Assembly (NCBI GenBank): GCA_903850915.1
Contig: CAINMV010000034.1
Location: forward strand, 37-64,036
Source of the DNA: an uncultured Bacteroidota bacterium
GTDB taxonomy: Bacteria; Bacteroidota; Bacteroidia; UKL13-3
DNA: 64,000 nucleotides
Reading direction: 5' to 3'
The position numbers and the translations under genes were made by a program. This document shows positions 39,174 through 49,323 of this stretch, piece by piece (positions within the stretch are counted from its first letter, which is position 1; the number at the start of each line of letters is the position of its first letter). Below the pieces are notes generated by a model that was given only the letters and a program-made list of their open reading frames with translations, ran no database searches and was not told the origin of the DNA.

Positions 39174-40213
39174 AAAAAAAGACAAGCATAATTGCATTTA
39201 TACTATTAGTTATAACCTTCGGTTTCCGTGTTAATCACACACCTGAATTCCCCACTCCCAAAGGCTGGCCATTGCCACAATACGATTTCAGGAAAAACCC
39301 ATTAGATTCAAAAAAGATTGAATTGGGAAGAATGCTATTTTATGATCCGATTCTTTCGCGCGACAGCAGTATCTCTTGCACAAGTTGTCATTCGCAATAT
39401 AGCGCATTTACCCATGTTGATCATGCCCTTAGCCACGGCATTGATGGAAAAATTGGAACCCGGAATTCGCCTGCTTTAATGAATTTGGCTTGGGGGAAAA
39501 GCTTTATGTGGGATGGCGCGATAAACCACCTCGACATGCAAGCATTGGCACCCATCTCAAATACGTTAGAGATGGACGACAACATAAAAAATGTAGTATT
39601 CAAATTACAGCGGTCGGCAATATATAGTACGCTTTTTTATACGGCATTTGGGGTAAAAAAAATCCAAGGAGCCCATGTTTTGAAGTCACTCTCGCAGTTT
39701 ATGTTAACTTTGGTAAGTTCAAATTCCAAATACGATAAGATGAAGCAAGGTGCCATAAAATTTACAGAAGCCGAACATCGAGGATATTTGCTATTTCAGA
39801 ACCATTGTTCTAGCTGCCACAAAGAGCCACTTTTTAGTAATTATCAATTTGAAAACAACGGATTGCATTTAGATGACTCCCTTTTAGATATTGGTCGGAT
39901 GCGAGTAACGCAACATGCTGTAGATTCATTGAAATTTAAAGTACCCACGCTGCGAAATATAGAATTCACCTCGCCCTATATGCATGATGGCCGATTTCAA
40001 ACCCTAAATCAGGTGCTAAACCATTATATCAAAGGCATTATGCCTTCTTCAACGCTCAGCGGTATATTAAAAAATGGCATTAATTTAAGCCCGAACGAGA
40101 AAGCAGATGTAGTGGCCTTCCTCCTCACACTGTCGGATAAGGAGTTTGTTTTCAACCCTCAATTCAGCTATCCAAAATCGTCTTTTCAAAAAAACCTAAA
40201 ACAGGCAGATTGA
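39170..40213 (+). CDS. Di-heme cytochrome c peroxidase/MauG-family protein (MbnH-like)
   Basis: LGRMLFYDPILS, CTSCH, RNSPAL-x-N, MWDG, CSSCH, FKVPTLRNI, PYMHDG. ATGA overlap with mbnP. Confidence 0.9.
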   Translation: MKKKTSIIAFILLVITFGFRVNHTPEFPTPKGWPLPQYDFRKNPLDSKKIELGRMLFYDPILSRDSSISCTSCHSQYSAFTHVDHALSHGIDGKIGTRNSPALMNLAWGKSFMWDGAINHLDMQALAPISNTLEMDDNIKNVVFKLQRSAIYSTLFYTAFGVKKIQGAHVLKSLSQFMLTLVSSNSKYDKMKQGAIKFTEAEHRGYLLFQNHCSSCHKEPLFSNYQFENNGLHLDDSLLDIGRMRVTQHAVDSLKFKVPTLRNIEFTSPYMHDGRFQTLNQVLNHYIKGIMPSSTLSGILKNGINLSPNEKADVVAFLLTLSDKEFVFNPQFSYPKSSFQKNLKQAD

Positions 40214-40225
40214 AAATTTAGTAGC

Positions 40226-40801
40226 CTATCTAATTTTCATCCCATCGTTAAAACACGAGCGACAACGAGGCTCATAACTTTCTTTTTCACCCAACAGCAC
40301 CGTGTTATCACTCTCTACGAGGCGGAATGAGTGGGTGGCAAAATCACCACAACGCATACAAATAGCATGTACTTTGGTAACAAATTCCGCTTTCGCCATT
40401 AGAGATGGCATCGGACCAAAAGGCTTGCCTAAAAAATCCATATCCAATCCGGCAATAATAACACGAACCCCTTTATTCGCTAAAGCTTCACAAACATCAG
40501 GAAGGCCTTCATCAAAAAACTGCGCTTCATCGATACCCACCACATCCACATTGGCTGAGATTAAAAGTAAATTCGAAGAAGAATTAATCGGGGTTGACTT
40601 AATACTATTGGCATCATGAGAAACAATTTGCACGTCATCGTAGCGCACATCGAGTGCCGGCTTAAAGATTTCAACCTTCATATTCGCATACTGGGCGCGC
40701 TTTAAACGTCGTATTAATTCTTCTGTTTTACCGGAGAACATAGATCCACAGATAACTTCTATCCATCCTTTAGGTCCGGCTTTTCGTGGTTCTAAAAACA
40801 T
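40226..40801 (-). CDS. tdk: Thymidine kinase
   Basis: [27 protein letters not shown]-x2-C...YEPRCRSC. Confidence 0.97.
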   Translation of the reverse strand: MFLEPRKAGPKGWIEVICGSMFSGKTEELIRRLKRAQYANMKVEIFKPALDVRYDDVQIVSHDANSIKSTPINSSSNLLLISANVDVVGIDEAQFFDEGLPDVCEALANKGVRVIIAGLDMDFLGKPFGPMPSLMAKAEFVTKVHAICMRCGDFATHSFRLVESDNTVLLGEKESYEPRCRSCFNDGMKIR

Positions 40802-40871
40802 TTACGTTAAATAAACTTATTTTTGCAAAGAAAATACTTTTTGGTGGATTGGATCTATTTCGAAAATTAAA

Positions 40872-41624
40872 ATGAAAGTTCTATTAGCAATACCAGCTCG
40901 ATATGGCAGCACTCGCTTCGAAGGTAAGCCTTTGGCCGACATTTGCGGCAAAACAATGATCCAACGTGTCGTAGAACAATGCAAATTGGTTCAAGACCTA
41001 ACCCAAGATCATATTGATGTGGTGGTGGCGACAGATGACCTTCGGATTTTTAATCACGTTTCAATATTTGGAAAAGCAATAATGACCTCGAGTACCCACC
41101 AAAGCGGTACTGACAGAATTGCCGAAGTTGCCACCCATATGCAGAACGCTTACGATGTTATTATTAATGTGCAGGGAGATGAGCCGTTAATTCATCCGAA
41201 ACAAATTTTGCAATTGATTGACTGCTTTAGAAACACTGAGACACAGATTGCTACTTTGATTAAACCCGAATCGTTTACAAGTGAGCTAACATCATCCAAT
41301 GCCGTGAAATGTGTGGTTGACATCCACTTAAAAGCGCTATACTTCTCTCGATTTCCGATTCCTTATTACCGAGACGAAGCTACAAGAGCTGGAGAAGTTT
41401 TTTATCGCCATGTAGGCATGTATGGATTTAATGCCCCTGTACTTGAAAAACTAACCCAATTGCCAACTTCGATGCTCGAGAAAGCCGAGAGCCTTGAACA
41501 ACTGAGGTGGCTTGAAAACGGATTTCAAATTCAAACGGCACTTACAAACTATGAGAACATCTCCGTTGATAGCCCTGAAGATTTAGACCGCGTGGTTACC
41601 CTTCTTACCTCAAACCAGCATTAA
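40872..41624 (+). CDS. kdsB: 3-deoxy-manno-octulosonate cytidylyltransferase
   Basis: IPARYGSTRFEGKPL, SGTDR, INVQGDEP, ALYFSR, LEKAESLEQLR. Confidence 0.96.
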   Translation: MKVLLAIPARYGSTRFEGKPLADICGKTMIQRVVEQCKLVQDLTQDHIDVVVATDDLRIFNHVSIFGKAIMTSSTHQSGTDRIAEVATHMQNAYDVIINVQGDEPLIHPKQILQLIDCFRNTETQIATLIKPESFTSELTSSNAVKCVVDIHLKALYFSRFPIPYYRDEATRAGEVFYRHVGMYGFNAPVLEKLTQLPTSMLEKAESLEQLRWLENGFQIQTALTNYENISVDSPEDLDRVVTLLTSNQH

Positions 41625-41647
41625 ACGAACCTATTCGCCTTAAATCC

Positions 41648-42277
41648 ATGAGCCTATTCCTTGAACTTAGCGAAAGCAACCCCAATGAGCAACACATAAA
41701 GGCTGCCGTGAAACATTTAAAGGAGGGTGGGCTAATTATTTTCCCAACCGACACTATTTATGCTATGGGGTGCGACTTAATGAACTACAAGGCTATAGAA
41801 AGACTCTGCAAAATATTCAACTCCAAACCTGAACAAACCAACCTTTCCCTAATTTGTCGCGACCTTAAAAACATTTCCGATTATACGCTACCCTTCGACA
41901 CGCCGGTATTCAAGTTGATGAAACAAACATTGCCTGGACCCTATACTTTTATTTTAAAAGCCAACTCCAATGTCACCAAAATCTTCCATAATAAGAAAAA
42001 GACAGTCGGAATTCGTGTTCCAAACAACAATGTTGCACGAATGTTGGTTCAAGAGTTAGGGAATCCATTGGTTTCAAAATCAATTCACAGCAGCAACGAA
42101 ATAGAAGATTACATTACCGACCCTTACGAAATTTTCGGCACCTACGAGCGTTCTATCGACTGTATGATTAGTGATGGATATGGTAATAATCAGGCATCTA
42201 CGATTATTGATTGCAGCGAAGAAACACCCTACTTGGTGCGAGAAGGGAAAGGGGAAATTAAAAATCTTGTACTTTAA
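41648..42277 (+). CDS. Sua5/YciO/YrdC family (L-threonylcarbamoyladenylate synthase-like)
   Basis: FPTDTIYAMGC, LPGPYTFIL, KKTVGIRVP, STIID. Confidence 0.9.
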   Translation: MSLFLELSESNPNEQHIKAAVKHLKEGGLIIFPTDTIYAMGCDLMNYKAIERLCKIFNSKPEQTNLSLICRDLKNISDYTLPFDTPVFKLMKQTLPGPYTFILKANSNVTKIFHNKKKTVGIRVPNNNVARMLVQELGNPLVSKSIHSSNEIEDYITDPYEIFGTYERSIDCMISDGYGNNQASTIIDCSEETPYLVREGKGEIKNLVL

Positions 42278-42411
42278 GATATCGATTATTACACAAAATT
42301 TACCAAAACACCAAATCTTTATTTTGCATCAATCCTTGATTATATGGGGTTTTTAAGGTAATTAATCGTAAATTCGCGGTAGAGTTCTCAAAAAATTAAT
42401 TTATTCAGAGT

Positions 42412-43233
42412 ATGCAGAAGAAAAGAATTATGTTCGTTTCCTCAGAAATGAGCCCTTTCTTAGAAACTTCAAGTATTGCTAATTTAGCCTTACGCCTCCC
42501 GAAGCACATCCAAGAAAGAAACACGGAAATTCGTGTGTTTATTCCTCGCTTCGGTGTTATCAATGAGCGCAGAAACAAATTGCATGAAGTTGTTCGTCTG
42601 TCCGGTATCAATATCAATATTGATGACACAGATTATCCATTGACCATAAAAGTTGCATCGCTTCCACAGGCAAAACTGCAAGTTTATTTTCTAGACAACG
42701 AAGATTATTTCCATAGGAAATTCATCTTTAACGATGAAAATGACAAATTTTTCAAGGATAACGACGAAAGAACCATTTTCTTCTGCAAAGGAGTTTTAGA
42801 AACATGCAAGAAACTAGGATGGCCGCCGGACTTGATTCATTGCCAGGGATGGATGACGAGTTTGATTCCGATGTATTTAAAATCGACCTATAAAGACGAC
42901 CCTATCTTCCGTAAATCGAAAGTAGTTTACTCTGTTTTTGAAAACCAATATACCAATTCATTAGGAAAAGATTTTATCCGTAAGGCATCGCTGCAACATG
43001 TAAAAACTGAGCATACTGCGCCTTTCGAAAATGGAGAATGTGCAAGTATGTATATGGGTGCAATTGCTCATTCGGATGGCATAATCCGCGCATCAGATAA
43101 CATAAATACCAAGGTGGATAAGTTCATCAACATTCAAAAAAAGAAATTGATTTTAGAATCACCGCAAGGAGAAGCAGAGAATCTAGTTGACATCTATGAA
43201 GAGTTTTATCATAAAGTAATTGATGGAAAATAA
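42412..43233 (+). CDS. Glycogen/starch synthase N-terminal-domain-only protein (Glyco_transf_5)
   Basis: RIMFVSSEMSPF, PRFGVINERR, DNEDYF, DNDERTIFF, PDLIHCQGW. 273 aa with no C-terminal GT-B domain. Confidence 0.85.
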   Translation: MQKKRIMFVSSEMSPFLETSSIANLALRLPKHIQERNTEIRVFIPRFGVINERRNKLHEVVRLSGININIDDTDYPLTIKVASLPQAKLQVYFLDNEDYFHRKFIFNDENDKFFKDNDERTIFFCKGVLETCKKLGWPPDLIHCQGWMTSLIPMYLKSTYKDDPIFRKSKVVYSVFENQYTNSLGKDFIRKASLQHVKTEHTAPFENGECASMYMGAIAHSDGIIRASDNINTKVDKFINIQKKKLILESPQGEAENLVDIYEEFYHKVIDGK

Positions 43234-44605
43234 TCTCAAACACCTAAGTCTCTTTATTATTCTGCTGATTGTCATTTCATCTTGTAAACGCAAGGAGGCA
43301 ATAGGCAATGGCCTTGTGCCTGATGCTGTTAATAGTAATATTGTTTACACAGACACCTTAACATTAATAACTAGAACCGTAATCGAGGATTCGATTATCA
43401 CCTCTGAATTATCGAACAACATTCTTGGAACCAGTAACAACAGTTTGTTTAACTTGTCGCATGCCAATGTATCAGCGCAGTATTTCCTACCTCGAGATAA
43501 CTTTTCATTTGGAGGTGCAACAAAATTTGATTCTGCCGTACTTTATGTTGGTTTTTTAGCCGCTGATGGTACCGAAGGCAATCGCAGCTTTGGTGATATG
43601 TCGTCGCAGCAACGTTTTACAATTCACGAGTTAAATAGCGTGTTAGACCCTGCTCGCTCCTATTACAATACAAGCTTTATAGATTATAACGCTGTTACTT
43701 TAGGCGCCTTCAATGGAAAATTAAACCTAACCGACAGTATCACCATCAAACGAGGATCACAAACATCAAAAATACCTCCATGTTTACATTTTAAATTGGA
43801 TGACAACTGGGCGAAAGCAAAGATTTTCAATGCCCCTGCCACCGCATTCTCCACCAATGGTGATTTCCTAAATTACTTCAAAGGGTTGTCTATTATAAGT
43901 GAAGGTGCACTTACTGGTAGCGGAGGATTTGTATATGTTAATTTAAAAACCCTAAATAAATTTAGCATTCCTACAGGCTCCGCTTTGGTGGTTTATTATA
44001 ACGACTCACTTTCAACATCTTTTACTGTTACCTCCTCGGCGCGTCGGGTGAACACCTATAACCATTCAATTCCAACTTCTTCGGTGCCTCAAACCTATGC
44101 GCATCCAGCAAATTCGCCCAATGCAGACTCGTGTTTTATTCAGGCTATGGGCAGATATAAAACAAAGATAGAGATACCTTATTTGTATGAGCTTGCAAAA
44201 AAACACAACAACATAGCTATCAATAGTGCGGAATTAATTGTAAAGCCATACACCACGAATCTAACTGCCGACTATTACGCTCCAACTAGTTTGCGCCTTT
44301 TACAACCCAACGCCACCGACGGGAAAAACGATTTTATACGTGACATCTTGTTTCTTGGCAATGGCCCTGCTAATCCTTTTTATGGTGGCTACTATAATGT
44401 GAATACTAACGAATATAAATTTAACTTCCGTTTGCACCTGCAAGAACTGTTAAACGACTATAAAGCCACCGGAAGCACAGCTAAAAACCGTGGCTTATAT
44501 CTTATTATACCTACCGACAACCCAATTGCAGCAAGCCATGTTATGTTGGACACACGTAAGGGAAGTGGAATAAAAGTTAAAATTTACTACACCATTCAAA
44601 ATTAA
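43223..44605 (+). CDS. DUF4270-family lipoprotein
   Basis: Lipobox ISS-C, FDSAVL, FLNYFKGL, INSAEL, YKFN...LQ, C-terminal KIYYT. Overlaps the glycogen-synthase-like gene, as in other Bacteroidota. Confidence 0.75.
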   Translation: MENNLKHLSLFIILLIVISSCKRKEAIGNGLVPDAVNSNIVYTDTLTLITRTVIEDSIITSELSNNILGTSNNSLFNLSHANVSAQYFLPRDNFSFGGATKFDSAVLYVGFLAADGTEGNRSFGDMSSQQRFTIHELNSVLDPARSYYNTSFIDYNAVTLGAFNGKLNLTDSITIKRGSQTSKIPPCLHFKLDDNWAKAKIFNAPATAFSTNGDFLNYFKGLSIISEGALTGSGGFVYVNLKTLNKFSIPTGSALVVYYNDSLSTSFTVTSSARRVNTYNHSIPTSSVPQTYAHPANSPNADSCFIQAMGRYKTKIEIPYLYELAKKHNNIAINSAELIVKPYTTNLTADYYAPTSLRLLQPNATDGKNDFIRDILFLGNGPANPFYGGYYNVNTNEYKFNFRLHLQELLNDYKATGSTAKNRGLYLIIPTDNPIAASHVMLDTRKGSGIKVKIYYTIQN

Positions 44606-44610
44606 CTAAA

Positions 44611-45636
44611 GTGATTGTCGTTCTAAAAGCAAATCTATCTAAGAAGCAGGTTGGAGAAGTGCTGCGTCAACTCTCTGATTTAAATTTAGAGATTCACAAT
44701 GCCACACTTAACGATAGAAATATTGTTGCTATTAGTGAATTTCCACACGACTTCGATATTCGAAGGATAAAGTTACTTGATGGAGTGCAAGAGGTGTTTG
44801 AAGTAAATGAACCCTACAAACTTGCAAGTAGAACATGGAAAAAAGACCCAACGACTTTCGATGTGAAAGGAATCACGGTTGGTGGCAGTAGTATTAATGT
44901 AATAGCTGGGCCTTGTGCTGTAGAGAGCGAAGAGCAAATATTCAGCATTGCTAAAAACCTCCATGATAATGGCGTTAAATTTATACGTGGCGGTGCCTAT
45001 AAGCCACGTACCTCTCCATACACATTTCAAGGGATGGCAGTGGAAGGCTTACAACTTCTTCGCCAGGCTGCTGATAAATATAACTTGCGTGTAGTAACAG
45101 AAATAATCGACTTAAGCGTGCTTGACGAAGTGTATGAATATGCTGATGTTTTGCAAGTTGGAACACGTAATATGATGAACTTTTTTATGCTCACCGAATT
45201 GGGGAAAATTGACAAGCCCATTATGCTGAAACGAGGCATGAGCAGTAAAATTACAGAGTGGCTTATGAGTGCCGAATATATTTTAAGTGGTGGAAACGAG
45301 AAAGTAATTCTGTGCGAAAGAGGCATTCGAACTTTTGACAGCAGCGTTAGAAACACTTTGGATGTAGCTGCCTTTCCAATTATTAAGGAGCTTAGCCATC
45401 TGCCTGTATTCTCCGATCCTAGCCATGGCACCGGGATTCGTCATCGTGTAACTCCACTCGCGCTTGCTTCTATAGCCGCTGGTGCCGATGGCTTGATGAT
45501 TGAAGTTCATAATGACCCCGAGCAAGCCTTAAGTGACGGGCCACAATCGTTATTCCCTCACCAATTTACAACGTTGCTTCAAAAATTGAAACCTATTGCA
45601 CATGTAGTAGGAAGAACATTGGACGTAGAACTTTAA
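44611..45636 (+). CDS. aroF: 3-deoxy-7-phosphoheptulonate (DAHP) synthase, type I-beta with N-terminal regulatory domain
   Basis: IAGPCAVES, RGGAYKPRTSPY, KRG, LCERGIRTF, DPSHGTG, EVH, ALSDG. GTG start. Confidence 0.92.
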   Translation: MIVVLKANLSKKQVGEVLRQLSDLNLEIHNATLNDRNIVAISEFPHDFDIRRIKLLDGVQEVFEVNEPYKLASRTWKKDPTTFDVKGITVGGSSINVIAGPCAVESEEQIFSIAKNLHDNGVKFIRGGAYKPRTSPYTFQGMAVEGLQLLRQAADKYNLRVVTEIIDLSVLDEVYEYADVLQVGTRNMMNFFMLTELGKIDKPIMLKRGMSSKITEWLMSAEYILSGGNEKVILCERGIRTFDSSVRNTLDVAAFPIIKELSHLPVFSDPSHGTGIRHRVTPLALASIAAGADGLMIEVHNDPEQALSDGPQSLFPHQFTTLLQKLKPIAHVVGRTLDVEL

Positions 45637-45665
45637 GAAATTGCAAAAAGCTAAATCTCGATTGT

Positions 45666-46577
45666 TTAATATCTTTTTAATTGCTTCTCCACTTCTTTTA
45701 AGCCTTCTTCAAAACTAACCGGATTATAGCCAAGTATTTCGACCGCTTTGGAAATATCTAGACCTGTGATTGGAGGCCTCTTAGCTGCTTGTTTTAATGT
45801 ATCGCTTTTTGAAGGCGTGATAAGTTGAGCATCGAGCCCCCAAAAATGGGCCACCCTTTTTGCCAACTCGTAAATATTCATGAAATCTTTTCCTGCGAGG
45901 TTAAATAATCCTTCCGCATTTTTTTCTGCAATTAGAATGCAGCCTTTCGCTAAGTCGTCGGCTAATGTAGGTGTTCTATATTGGTCATCTACGACATTTA
46001 TTTTCTTGCCTTCTTCTAAGCTTTTCTTAACCCATAAAATAACATTACTGCGACTCATGTCAGCGACCACACCATATACAATAATTGTACGTGCGATGGA
46101 CCATTTCTTTGCAAACGTTTGCACCACTTGCTCTCCCATCAATTTACTATCCGCATAAAAGCTTAATGGATGAGGAACGGCATCCTCTTTATACATGCCA
46201 GCACCGACGCCGTCAAAAATAAAGTCTGTGCTTAATTGAATAAAGTGGGCATCCACCTTATTAGCGGCATCCACAAGAAATTTCACCGCATTCACGTTCA
46301 ACAATAAACACAATTCCTTCTCAGATTCACAAGCATCCACATTCGTCATAGCCGCAGCATTGATAATATAATCTGGACGATGTTTCAAAGCAATCTCTTC
46401 CACCTGACTAGCATTAGCGATATCAAGAGATTCAAAGCAGTAACCTGATTTAACCAAAGAACGATTTTCGCCTTTCGCTGTGGCTATCAAATCAAAATTA
46501 GGATGATTTATTAGTTGCTCGAGTAGCTTTTGACCGAGCAAACCATTGGCGCCTGTTACAAGTATTTTTTTCTTCAC
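45666..46577 (-). CDS. dTDP-4-dehydrorhamnose reductase (RmlD)-like SDR
   Basis: GANGLLG, NAAAMTNVDACE, STDFIFDG, Y-x3-K, DQYRTPT. Likely GTG start at 46577, with a minus-strand -7 element at 46584-46591. Confidence 0.88.
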   Translation of the reverse strand: MKKKILVTGANGLLGQKLLEQLINHPNFDLIATAKGENRSLVKSGYCFESLDIANASQVEEIALKHRPDYIINAAAMTNVDACESEKELCLLLNVNAVKFLVDAANKVDAHFIQLSTDFIFDGVGAGMYKEDAVPHPLSFYADSKLMGEQVVQTFAKKWSIARTIIVYGVVADMSRSNVILWVKKSLEEGKKINVVDDQYRTPTLADDLAKGCILIAEKNAEGLFNLAGKDFMNIYELAKRVAHFWGLDAQLITPSKSDTLKQAAKRPPITGLDISKAVEILGYNPVSFEEGLKEVEKQLKRY

Positions 46578-46749
46578 TGTGGGCAAAGTTAATAGGAAAA
46601 TTAGTTTAGAGGCAACCGAGAAACGAATTAATGCTGATAAGTGTCAAAAATAAGTCAATCGCCATTTTGTGAATATTCTGTTGCCCGAATTTTGATTAGT
46701 TTTTTATACTTTTACCACTTCAATATTCAGGATTAAAATCAAGATAGAT

Positions 46750-47298
46750 ATGGAATTAAAAGACATCGTTCACATTTCAGGAAAGCCGGGCCTATATAAG
46801 ATTGTAGCTCATGGAAAAACAAATTTGGTAGTAGAAAGCATCGACGCCTCAAAAACAAGAACCTCAGTTTCAATTACGCAGCGCTTCTCTGTTTTGGAAG
46901 ATATCTCAATGTTCACCACCGATGATGACATTAAACTTCGTGAAGTACTCGTGAAGGTTTTCGACCTTATTACAGCAGGAACCGCCTTACCATCTTCCAA
47001 GGGCAGTGATGCTGATTTAAAATCTTTCTTCGAAAATGCACTTCCTAATTATGATCAAGATCGTGTTCATCTTTCGGATATCAAAAGATTGATTCAATGG
47101 TATAGTTTACTTCAAAACGACTTAGACTTTGATGCATTGCGTCAGGTGAAAGATGACGATGAAGCCACCGGGACAGAGGTAAAGATTGAGCATCACGAAA
47201 CCAAAGCTGCAATTAAGAAACCGCAGCCAGCTATAAAAATCGACAACAAAGCGAAAAATAGTATTAACAAAACAGCCATCAATCGCAAGACTGTTTAA
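46750..47298 (+). CDS. DUF5606-family conserved protein
   Basis: ISGKPGLYK, LEDISMFT, LPNYDQDRVHLSDIKRL-x2-WY. Confidence 0.8.
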   Translation: MELKDIVHISGKPGLYKIVAHGKTNLVVESIDASKTRTSVSITQRFSVLEDISMFTTDDDIKLREVLVKVFDLITAGTALPSSKGSDADLKSFFENALPNYDQDRVHLSDIKRLIQWYSLLQNDLDFDALRQVKDDDEATGTEVKIEHHETKAAIKKPQPAIKIDNKAKNSINKTAINRKTV

Positions 47299-47316
47299 TA
47301 TTAATAACCCTAAATC

Positions 47317-47354
47317 AAAAAAAACCTCAACATTTCCTGTTGAGGTTTTTTTTT
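47317..47354 (+). terminator. Intrinsic terminator
   Basis: AAAAAAAACCTCAACA-TTTCC-TGTTGAGGTTTTTTTTT. Confidence 0.85.
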
Positions 47355-47401
47355 CTCTTATTGTTGGCGCATTGTGTTAATATATTACATTCGCAAAACA
47401 C

Positions 47402-47620
47402 ATGACACTTGAACAGCCCAACAATCCACTGCATGGAATAACTTTAGAATCTATTTTAATACGTTTAGTTGAGCATTATGGCTGGGATGACTTAAGTTCC
47501 ATAATTCAAATAAATTGCTTCACAAACAACCCAAGTATAAAGTCGAGCTTAACTTTTTTACGTAAGACTCCTTGGGCTAGAAAAAAGGTAGAAGCCCTAT
47601 ATCTACATTTGGTGGATTAA
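47402..47620 (+). CDS. VF530/DUF2132 family small DNA-binding protein
   Basis: [17 protein letters not shown]-x2[25 protein letters not shown]. Confidence 0.9.
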   Translation: MTLEQPNNPLHGITLESILIRLVEHYGWDDLSSIIQINCFTNNPSIKSSLTFLRKTPWARKKVEALYLHLVD

Positions 47621-48180
47621 ACTGTAAGGATTTCCTTTTCTTTAATCTCCAAACTTTTATCTAGTTGGACAATAGTAGCATCAGTAAGTTTCTGAATCTG
47701 CTCATCTAGTTTTTTACCATCATCTTGAGGTAAACCAGCTTTTACGAGCGCCTTCGATTTCTCCATTGCATCCTTACGTATATTACGAATCGCAATCTTG
47801 CCATTTTCAGCCTCCGCCTTTGCCTGTTTAACTAGGTCCTTTCTGCGCTCTTCTGTTAATGGAGGTACGGTGATACGCACCATTTTCCCGTCGTTTTGAG
47901 GATTCAATCCAAGATTAGCCTTGCTAATTCCCTTTTCAATTTCAGCAATTAGACTTGTCTCCCATGGCTGAATTTGAAGTGTACGCGCATCTGGCGTGGT
48001 AACATTCGCCACTTGACTTAATGGAGTAAGATTTCCATAATAATCCACCATAACTACATCCAACATTGTTGGTGTTGCTTTGCCAGCGCGCACTTTTGCT
48101 ATTAAATCGGTAGAATGCGCATACGCATTATCCATTTTTGTTTTTGTATCGTCGTGAAGGGCTTTTGCTTGTTCTTGCAT
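47617..48180 (-). CDS. frr: Ribosome recycling factor
   Basis: VRAGKA, VDYYG-x2-TPL-x-QVANV, [35 protein letters not shown]. Confidence 0.97.
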   Translation of the reverse strand: MQEQAKALHDDTKTKMDNAYAHSTDLIAKVRAGKATPTMLDVVMVDYYGNLTPLSQVANVTTPDARTLQIQPWETSLIAEIEKGISKANLGLNPQNDGKMVRITVPPLTEERRKDLVKQAKAEAENGKIAIRNIRKDAMEKSKALVKAGLPQDDGKKLDEQIQKLTDATIVQLDKSLEIKEKEILTV

Positions 48181-48326
48181 AAAACTAATGTTTTTAAGAA
48201 TTAGAATGCAAATATACTAAATACGTTCTCCAAAATAAAAATGCTCCTCTGTTTTTAAAACATTGTCTTCATTTTATGATTTTCGATGTCTAGTAATGAA
48301 AAACAAATGCAATACCTTTGCAATCT

Positions 48327-49310
48327 ATGGAATATAGAAGATTAGGAAAATCGGGATTGCAAATCTCTGCACTCTCTTTGGGCTCATGGCTTACCTTTGG
48401 TGGGCAAATTGATGATTCGACAGCAGACGCACTAATGAGCATGAGCTATGACGCTGGCATTAATTTCTTTGACAACGCCGAAAGTTATCAAGGTGGCAAG
48501 AGCGAATTGGTGATGGGGAAAATCCTAAAATCCAAACCATGGAGCCGCAGCAGCTATATAGTTTCGAGCAAAATATTTTTTGGTTCGGAAGACGGAAAAC
48601 CGAATCAAAAAGGATTGAGTCGCAAACACCTATTTGAAGCCACGCACAAGTCATTAATCAGCCTTCAGCTAGATTATATTGATTTGCTTTTCTGCCACCG
48701 ACCGGACAAGTCAGTTCCAATTGAAGAAACAGTTTGGGCCATGCACAACCTCATCCAACAAGGCAAATGTTTGTATTGGGGAACAAGCGAATGGAGCGCT
48801 GCGGAAATTATGGAAGCCCGTAATATATGTGAACTGCATCACCTTATAAAACCCATAATGGAACAACCCCATTACAATATGTTTGTTAGAAACAAAATTG
48901 AAAATGAGTTTTTACATTTGTTTCAACATAAAGGAATGGGAACTACAATATGGAGTCCATTAGCATCTGGCTTGTTAAGTGGTAAATACAGCCAGGGAAT
49001 GCCCGAAGGCACGCGTTTAAGTGACGAAACCTTGGCTTGGTTAAAAGAGAGTACCGTTAACGAGGATCGCCTTTTGAAAACACAGAAACTTCAAATAATT
49101 GCCAACGACTTACATCTTAGCTTGCCTGTATTGGCACTTTCTTGGTGCTTGAAAAATCCAAATGTAAGTACCGTGATATTGGGGGCGACCAAGGTGAAAC
49201 AGCTTGAAGAAAATCTAACTGCAATAGATAAATATACAATGCTCAATGCAGAGATAATGGAAGCCATAGATGCTGTATTGGAAAACAAACCTAAATTGCC
49301 CGTATATTAA
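48327..49310 (+). CDS. Aldo/keto reductase (Kv-beta subunit-like)
   Basis: MEYRRLGKSGL, LGSWLTFG, FFDNAESY, GLSRKH, HRPD, YWGTSEW, WSPLASGLLSGKY. -7 element TACCTTTG at 48313-48320. Confidence 0.93.
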   Translation: MEYRRLGKSGLQISALSLGSWLTFGGQIDDSTADALMSMSYDAGINFFDNAESYQGGKSELVMGKILKSKPWSRSSYIVSSKIFFGSEDGKPNQKGLSRKHLFEATHKSLISLQLDYIDLLFCHRPDKSVPIEETVWAMHNLIQQGKCLYWGTSEWSAAEIMEARNICELHHLIKPIMEQPHYNMFVRNKIENEFLHLFQHKGMGTTIWSPLASGLLSGKYSQGMPEGTRLSDETLAWLKESTVNEDRLLKTQKLQIIANDLHLSLPVLALSWCLKNPNVSTVILGATKVKQLEENLTAIDKYTMLNAEIMEAIDAVLENKPKLPVY

Positions 49311-49323
49311 TATCTTAGGCCTA

